From NCBI RefSeq assembly GCF_022045235.1, contig NW_027266294.1:496001-560000 (forward strand): a DNA stretch of 64,000 nucleotides. Reading direction: 5' to 3'. A model generated the notes under the pieces. The model was given only the letters and a program-made list of their open reading frames with translations, had not been told where the DNA came from and did not search any database. Positions 63,570-64,000 of the stretch are shown in pieces. The DNA comes from Haliotis cracherodii. Lineage: Eukaryota. The first letter of the stretch is position 1; each line of letters opens with the position of its first letter. The translations under genes and the position numbers were made by a program.

Positions 63570-63695
63570 TCCCCCTGACACCCTCATCCCCACATGTCCC
63601 CTGCCTCCCCACTCCCAGACCTTCTTCTCCACATCCCCCCCTACCCTGTCCCCACCCTGTCCCCACCCTGTCCCCATCCCCTCCCCGTCCCCACC
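63570..63695 (-). other. C-rich tract; G-quadruplex-compatible on the minus strand
   Basis: (CCCTGTCCCCA)n and multiple C3-C6 runs with short spacers. Confidence 0.6.
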
Positions 63696-64000
63696 TCTGT
63701 GCTGGTGTGTGAGTGTGTACGGGAGAGAAGTTGAGGAATACGAGGGGGAAGTTGTTGGGGGTGCACTGGGGAAGGGGGATAATGGCTCTCTTGTACGTGT
63801 TTGCTGCGTCGTTCCATCACTGTCTTTCACAGACACTTTATTATCTCCTTGGAGAATTGTGATAAATATTCCTCCAATCTCGGAGAACACACATGTTACA
63901 CTATTGCCACTTGTTTCAATAAGCCGTGCAATCACTGACAGTCCCTGGCTTCCCCTCAGCAAATGTTTCCACTTGTCTCCGCAGATTCTCATCTGACGTC

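Noticed and set aside
1-64000. CRISPR array
   Set aside because: Repeats are contiguous without unique spacers, no cas genes, eukaryotic context

Overview
This is eukaryotic, almost certainly invertebrate, genomic DNA. The SINEs look to me like gastropod, probably abalone (Haliotis)-type elements; that is recognition from memory, not a database result. No intact protein-coding gene, rRNA, genuine tRNA or CRISPR array is supportable. About 60% of the window (~40 kb by my hand tally) consists of ~35 mostly unrelated minisatellite arrays with 13-57 bp units, separated by 0-2.8 kb of non-array sequence. Nearly all long ORFs in the track are repeat artefacts. The non-array sequence holds: (1) three tRNA-SINE families sharing one 3' tail, three copies with clear target-site duplications; (2) a head-to-head inverted dimer of a fourth tRNA-headed element whose promoter segment is tandemly amplified (45107-45889); (3) several palindromic or MITE-like elements; (4) a 2.8-kb AT-rich insert with a CCAAT box and a decayed first exon, possibly Crypton-like (46129-48897); (5) a probable fossil multi-exon gene on the minus strand (~1.2-7.5 kb) broken up by SINEs and arrays; (6) a canonical CTCF-like motif. 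G+T skew and CpG depletion of the arrays suggest, by inference only, a very large methylated intron transcribed on the + strand.
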